From an uncultured Bacilli bacterium (GTDB taxonomy: Bacteria; Bacillota_I; Bacilli_A; RF39; UBA660), in NCBI GenBank assembly GCA_947598395.1, contig CANQFG010000001.1, forward strand, positions 17,894-81,893: 64,000 bases of DNA, written 5' to 3'. Below the pieces are notes generated by a model. It saw only the letters and a list, made by a program, of their open reading frames with translations. It ran no database searches and was not told where the DNA came from. Position numbers and translations under genes: made by a program. Numbering within the stretch: position 1 is the first letter of the stretch; each line of letters opens with the position of its first letter. Below, piece by piece: positions 59,069 to 64,000 of this stretch.

Positions 59069-59833
59069 TTATCGTGGATAGCCAACGTACATCATTCCAT
59101 TGCCAACTAGACCACCGATGCCATTTTTGCCATATTTTGTCTTGCTTAGTAATTCCTTTATATCGATATTGGTTCGCTTATCGGTTAAAGCGACATTGAC
59201 GGCTATAACGGCCGGATCGAGAGCATGAATATTGACGCGTTTGGGACTCGATGCAAAATTGGCTCCACATTTTATGATATCTTCATAATCACTTTGACAA
59301 GCTCCAGCAATAATTACCAACTTCTCATGAGATTTTTCATATTCGCGGGCTATTTGTACGGATTTGGCAAAATACTTCGAATTTTTATAATTATTGATAT
59401 TATTAGTACCACCTTGCTTTTCATAATAAGCATCGTGGCCCGTTATGACTAAAATATCCGGTTTTATTTCGCGAAGGAGCGTCATTAAGATATTCGGTAT
59501 ATCGCTTTCTTTGACTTGTTTTCCGATGGCCAAGACACCGGCTTTTTTATAAAATTCCAAAGACTTATTCAAATAATCTTCATCGCCATCGATATGGAGT
59601 ATTTTACCGGGCATATAAAAATATTCATCGCGATTCATCTCTTCAAAATCGATTTCGGGGTTATATTCGTCATGGCGTTCGGATAAGACTAAATCACTTA
59701 GCGGAGCATCGGCATAAAGTCGAACGTCGGTACCCTTTAAGAGAGCTTCATTTTCTTTAATATCTGTTACGATAAAGACGACATCATTATTATAACTATT
59801 TCGCGTGACAATTGAACCTATTTCAATTTTCAT
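59069..59833 (-). CDS. yabG: Sporulation-specific protease YabG
   Basis: About 250 aa YabG-like peptidase with the conserved ILVITGHDAY and IIAGACQS blocks. ksgA-yabG synteny with B. subtilis. Confidence 0.7.
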   Translation of the reverse strand: MKIEIGSIVTRNSYNNDVVFIVTDIKENEALLKGTDVRLYADAPLSDLVLSERHDEYNPEIDFEEMNRDEYFYMPGKILHIDGDEDYLNKSLEFYKKAGVLAIGKQVKESDIPNILMTLLREIKPDILVITGHDAYYEKQGGTNNINNYKNSKYFAKSVQIAREYEKSHEKLVIIAGACQSDYEDIIKCGANFASSPKRVNIHALDPAVIAVNVALTDKRTNIDIKELLSKTKYGKNGIGGLVGNGMMYVGYPR

Positions 59834-59892
59834 ATCATCACCTATATTATTTTATGAAAAAGTTAAAAAAATGCGCTAAAAGACGCAAAGTT

Positions 59893-60684
59893 TTATGATT
59901 TAAATAAACTACGAGTCAATTCGACAAAGATATCATAAGATAAATCTTCAGCACGATTATCGAGAGTAAAACCATGATGTTTAAGAACTTCTTCGACGAT
60001 ATTCAAGTCATATTGTTTTAAATTATTGCGCATATTTTTCCGTTTAAATTGAAAAGAGGCCTTAATAATTTGATTGAATTTATCGAGATTGACATCTTCG
60101 CAATTGTCTTTAGATTGCAAGCATATGACGGCACTATCGACATTGGGAATGGGATAAAATTTCGTCTTGGAGACCACAAATAATTTATCGACCTTAAAGT
60201 AATAATTTAAAAGGACCGTAATGGCGCCATATTCCCTCGAGCCCGGAGTGGCGGAAAAGCGATCGGCAACTTCATCTTGAACCATGATGACAATTTTTTT
60301 GGCGGTTATATGGCTTTCGATAAGATGAAGAATAATGGGCGTCGTAATATAGTAAGGAAGATTGCCGATAATATAAAGATCATTATATTCATAATTTTGC
60401 ATATCTAATGCTAGATCGCGCTTCAAAAAATCATCATAGATTATATGCGTTTTTAAATCCTCTAAGGAATCCAAATATTTATGCGTATCGGGATCGATTT
60501 CATAGGCAACAAGTGTTGCCCCATATTTTTTTAAATTCTTGGTCAAGGCTCCACTTCCGGGACCAATTTCGATAATTAAATCTTGCGGAGTGGGATCAAT
60601 CGCATTCACGATATGATCGATGATGGTTTTATCTTGTAAAAAATTTTGCCCATATTTCTTTTTATATACAAATGGCATAGACAT
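59893..60684 (-). CDS. rsmA: 16S rRNA (adenine1518/1519-N6)-dimethyltransferase RsmA/KsgA
   Basis: GQNFLQDKTIIDHIV, SAM motif EIGPGSGALT. Confidence 0.92.
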   Translation of the reverse strand: MSMPFVYKKKYGQNFLQDKTIIDHIVNAIDPTPQDLIIEIGPGSGALTKNLKKYGATLVAYEIDPDTHKYLDSLEDLKTHIIYDDFLKRDLALDMQNYEYNDLYIIGNLPYYITTPIILHLIESHITAKKIVIMVQDEVADRFSATPGSREYGAITVLLNYYFKVDKLFVVSKTKFYPIPNVDSAVICLQSKDNCEDVNLDKFNQIIKASFQFKRKNMRNNLKQYDLNIVEEVLKHHGFTLDNRAEDLSYDIFVELTRSLFKS

Positions 60685-60761
60685 CACTTCTTCTAAAAAG
60701 ATTCTACCATATATTAATTCTTAAAAAAATAAAAAAGAGTTTAAATTGCTAAACTCTTAAA

Positions 60762-61334
60762 TTACCGTTTCCAGCCAAAGCGAAGGACATCATATGTAAG
60801 TTTATGACGACCGACATTTTTTAAGGCATAATTTTCTGATTCGACGAGTAAATCGATATCATTGCCCAAGACGCCCCGATCGAGGACGATGGCAACGACG
60901 GGATCGTTGGATAAATACTTGGCATCAAAAGTTATAATTGATCCACATGGCAAATTCTTCGAACTGGCGACAATGCGCACGTTGCCATAATCGGCATCAT
61001 CATAAGTAGTCGTGCCATCGCCAACATATTCGCCCGTACAACCGAGATACCCGCTGCACAATGGACAATGCGCACCATAACCAGTTAGATCACCCGTAAA
61101 GGTATCTAATGGATAGAACTTATCCGCATATTGAATTTCTTCCAATTTAACCGCCATAGCCGTTAAATCAAGTGTCTTATTTAAATTTTCATTGGTCAAT
61201 TTATCATGATTATTAATAATATTTACTTTTTGAATAACCAAAATTCCGAGGAATAATAACAATATTTTAGTTGTTTTAAATAATTTTGCAAAAATCTTAT
61301 TCACTACTATCACCCTACGATTAAATTTTATCAT
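60762..61334 (-). CDS. 3D-domain (YabE/MltA-like) cell-wall-binding protein with an N-terminal TM helix
   Basis: GYGAHCPLCSGYLGCTGEY...RIVA...LPCGSII is a 3D-domain pattern. Its position between tatD and ksgA matches B. subtilis yabE. Confidence 0.65.
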   Translation of the reverse strand: MIKFNRRVIVVNKIFAKLFKTTKILLLFLGILVIQKVNIINNHDKLTNENLNKTLDLTAMAVKLEEIQYADKFYPLDTFTGDLTGYGAHCPLCSGYLGCTGEYVGDGTTTYDDADYGNVRIVASSKNLPCGSIITFDAKYLSNDPVVAIVLDRGVLGNDIDLLVESENYALKNVGRHKLTYDVLRFGWKR

Positions 61335-61342
61335 GGTTAGTA

Positions 61343-62092
61343 TTAAATGTCAAAAATATCTTGGACATTTGCCTCCGTTATTTTGGAAACATCTTCCAAA
61401 TCGACTTCCTTTAAAGCAGCTAAATATTTAGCTATTTCAAGAATATATTTCGGTTCATTTTGATTCTTCCGAAAAGGTTCAGGAGTTAGATAAGGAGAAT
61501 CTGTTTCTAAAACTATCTTATTCAGAGGAATTTGTTTTATGATATCCTTTAATTTAGCATTTTTAAAAGTCATTACGCCACCAACACCGAGATAAAAGCC
61601 AAGTTTGATATATTCATTAGCCGTTTCAAGACTGCCCGTAAAGCAATGGATAATTCCACTTCCATGAAATTTTTTTAAAATTTCCAACGTATCTAATGTC
61701 GCTTCCCGACTGTGAACGACGACGGGAAGGTTTAACTCTTCAGCTAACTGTAATTGCTTCCAAAAAAGCTCTTTTTGTTCTTCACGCGTCTCCTTAGTAT
61801 AATAGTAATCGAGGCCAATTTCGCCAATGCCGACCAATTTGGGATTATCCTTATGCGCCATGACTAAGGCTCGTAAGGCATCGAAATCATCGTTGCTACT
61901 TTCCGGATGAATTCCCAAGCAGATGTAGACATTTTCATAATGTTCGCTTAAGTTTAATACTTCCATACACGTCTTGATATCCGTAGCTGCCACGATTAAC
62001 TTTTTAACGCCCCACGCATAAGCGGCGCGAATTATTTTTTCGATATCGGGATAATATTCCTCAAAGAGATGACAATGCGTATCTGTAAACAT
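61343..62092 (-). CDS. tatD: TatD family metal-dependent DNase/hydrolase
   Basis: MFTDTHCHL, GIHP, EIGLDY. Confidence 0.9.
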   Translation of the reverse strand: MFTDTHCHLFEEYYPDIEKIIRAAYAWGVKKLIVAATDIKTCMEVLNLSEHYENVYICLGIHPESSNDDFDALRALVMAHKDNPKLVGIGEIGLDYYYTKETREEQKELFWKQLQLAEELNLPVVVHSREATLDTLEILKKFHGSGIIHCFTGSLETANEYIKLGFYLGVGGVMTFKNAKLKDIIKQIPLNKIVLETDSPYLTPEPFRKNQNEPKYILEIAKYLAALKEVDLEDVSKITEANVQDIFDI

Positions 62093-62099
62093 AGAACCT

Positions 62100-63635
62100 C
62101 TAATTATTATCCTTTACTTCGATTCGTTGAAATAATGGATATGGACTATTAACGGCATAGACGTTATCTTTAAGATATTCGGGCTCTTCATGGTCATTGT
62201 TGATTTGCTCTTGAATTTTTTCTGACGTCGTTGGCAAGAAAGGCCGAAGGGCAATACCACATACGCGGATAGCTTCCAACAAATTATATAAAACCGTCTC
62301 TAATTCGCCTTGTCGACTTTCATCTTTGGCTAAAATCCATGGTGTTGCATCATCGATATATTTATTGGATTTTCGCAAGACATCAAAGATGCTTTCCAAA
62401 GCTTCACTGACGTGAAGAATAGCCATTTTTTCGGCAATAATCGCATCTAATTCATCGATTGACTGAATTAAATTAGCATCAAATTCCGTCTTTTGATCAG
62501 TTAACTTAATTGGTCGATCAAAATATTTCTTGACCATCGCAAGCGTCCGATTGACTAAGTTGCCCAAGACATTGGCTAAATCGGCATTCGTTCGCGTAAT
62601 CAAAGCATTTTCCGAAAAGGTGCCATCGCTTCCGAAAGGGACTTCGCGTAAGACATAATAACGTACGGCATCGACGCCATAATCTTTGATATATTCGCGC
62701 GGATCCTTATAATTTCCTAAAGATTTAGATATTTTACCACCATCGATAACGAGCCAGCCATGGCCAAATACTTGCTTAGGCAAAGGTAAATTTAAAGCCA
62801 TTAACATAATCGGCCAAATAATAGTATGGAACCTAACGATTTCCTTGCCTACTAAATGTAAGTCGGCCGGCCAATATCTTTGTAATAGATGATCATCATC
62901 GCTCATATAGCCAAGAGAGGTAATATAGTTAGACAAGGCATCGATCCAAACATAGACGACATGCTTGGGATCAAATTCGACGGGAATTCCCCACTTAAAG
63001 CTCGTCCGCGAGACACATAAATCCTCTAATCCGGGTTTGATAAAATTATTGATCATTTCATTCTTGCGCGATTCCGGTTGAATAAATTCGGGATGAGCTT
63101 CGATATATTCGACGAGACGATCTTGATATTTAGATAGTTTTAAAAAATAGGCTTCTTCCTTAACTTCGTGGACTTCTCTTCCACAGTCGGGACATTTGCC
63201 ATCGACTAATTGGGATTCCGTCCAAAATGATTCACAGGGCGTACAATAAAGTCCCTTATACTCTCCCTTATAAATATCGCCTTGTTCATATAACTTAGTG
63301 AAGATTTTTTGGACAGCTCTTTCGTGATAATCATCGGTCGTACGAATAAATTTATCATAGGAAATATTTAAAGATTTCCATAAATCTTGCGCATTGCCGA
63401 CGATTTTATCGACATATTCTTTCGGCGTAACACCCGCTTCATGGGCTTTATTTTCAATTTTTTGACCATGCTCATCAGTTCCCGTTTGAAAGAAGACATC
63501 ATAGCCCTTCAATCTTTTATAACGAGCAATGGCATCGGCAATTATTGTCGTATAACAATGGCCAATATGAAAATCACTGCTGGGATAATATATTGGCGTA
63601 GTAATATAATATTTTTCTTTTTCCATAAATTTCAT
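62100..63635 (-). CDS. metG: Methionine--tRNA ligase (short form)
   Basis: YITTPIYYPSSDFHIGHCYT (HIGH), KMSKS-region KISKSLGN, and Zn knuckle CTPCESF/CPDCG. Confidence 0.95.
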   Translation of the reverse strand: MKFMEKEKYYITTPIYYPSSDFHIGHCYTTIIADAIARYKRLKGYDVFFQTGTDEHGQKIENKAHEAGVTPKEYVDKIVGNAQDLWKSLNISYDKFIRTTDDYHERAVQKIFTKLYEQGDIYKGEYKGLYCTPCESFWTESQLVDGKCPDCGREVHEVKEEAYFLKLSKYQDRLVEYIEAHPEFIQPESRKNEMINNFIKPGLEDLCVSRTSFKWGIPVEFDPKHVVYVWIDALSNYITSLGYMSDDDHLLQRYWPADLHLVGKEIVRFHTIIWPIMLMALNLPLPKQVFGHGWLVIDGGKISKSLGNYKDPREYIKDYGVDAVRYYVLREVPFGSDGTFSENALITRTNADLANVLGNLVNRTLAMVKKYFDRPIKLTDQKTEFDANLIQSIDELDAIIAEKMAILHVSEALESIFDVLRKSNKYIDDATPWILAKDESRQGELETVLYNLLEAIRVCGIALRPFLPTTSEKIQEQINNDHEEPEYLKDNVYAVNSPYPLFQRIEVKDNN

Positions 63636-63839
63636 TCTCCTCTATTAATTGTATTTTCGATATAATTTAATATTATCTGGCAGCGAGGTTCAAAGAGATT
63701 TGCCCGCAAGTACCTAATACCAAATAATCATATGCGATATGTTTTGCACTTATACAAACATCAATATTTCCGCTGCACATTCGGGCAAATAACCCGATTT
63801 TTTCACTTGGCATATCTCCATCATCCTCTCATAGTAATA

Positions 63840-64000
63840 AAAAAGAGTCATAAATTAAGGACGAGTTTCCCCGCGGTACCACCTTAATTCATGACTAATC
63901 ATGCTTCTTAAAATCTTAACGCGATATGACGATTTAAACTCCAGACCCATTCGACTTTATCTTTTCCTGTTTGCTTTCACCTGATCAAACTCTCTTTTAA
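63840..64000 (-). promoter_or_regulatory. T-box riboswitch leader of metG, partial because its 5' part lies beyond the window end
   Basis: Minus strand AAGGTGGTACCGCGGGG. The terminator AGTCATGAATTAAGG...CCTTAATTTATGACT is followed by CTCTTTTTT. Confidence 0.75.

Overview
This 64 kb window comes from an AT-rich (roughly 35% GC by eye) low-GC Firmicutes chromosome that uses the standard genetic code. Long housekeeping ORFs such as ligA, pcrA, pheT and secA are intact with TGA read as stop. The organism encodes sporulation genes (spoVG, yabP-yabQ-divIC, yabG, a gerQ-like gene) and a tmRNA whose tag ends in ...ALAFA, which is Mollicutes-like. From that I infer an Erysipelotrichia-like spore-former.

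About 70 of ~75 genes are on the minus strand. Core content:
- ligA, pcrA, a T-box-regulated pheST, and copA.
- A B. subtilis-like yycJ-rlmH block and the ychF-rpsF-ssb-rpsR and rplI-dnaB blocks.
- htrA, prfB with its programmed +1 frameshift, hpf and secA.
- secG-rnr-smpB, ssrA, and a metG(T-box)-tatD-yabE-like-ksgA-yabG block.

The conserved secA-prfB linkage is split by a ~7.5 kb accessory insertion at 35.6-43.3 kb. It contains a DGQHR (DndB/ParB-like) protein translationally coupled to an HNH nuclease, which I read as a split GmrSD/SspE-like candidate defence module. It also contains a RhuM + KilA-N pair, an acyltransferase-3 gene with an in-frame G9 tract, and a small nucleoside-deoxyribosyltransferase-like protein.

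Two paralogous secreted proteins with a formylglycine-generating-enzyme (FGE/SUMF1) domain carry near-identical promoters. Each promoter has a poly-G tract (G8 vs G7) in the -35/-10 spacer, a classic phase-variation arrangement.

Other accessory items are a standalone Abi_2 gene with its own promoter, an orphan AgrC/AgrA-like two-component system, and an unannotatable two-gene cassette between pheT and pcrA. No CRISPR array, transposase, integrase, rRNA or tRNA gene was seen.
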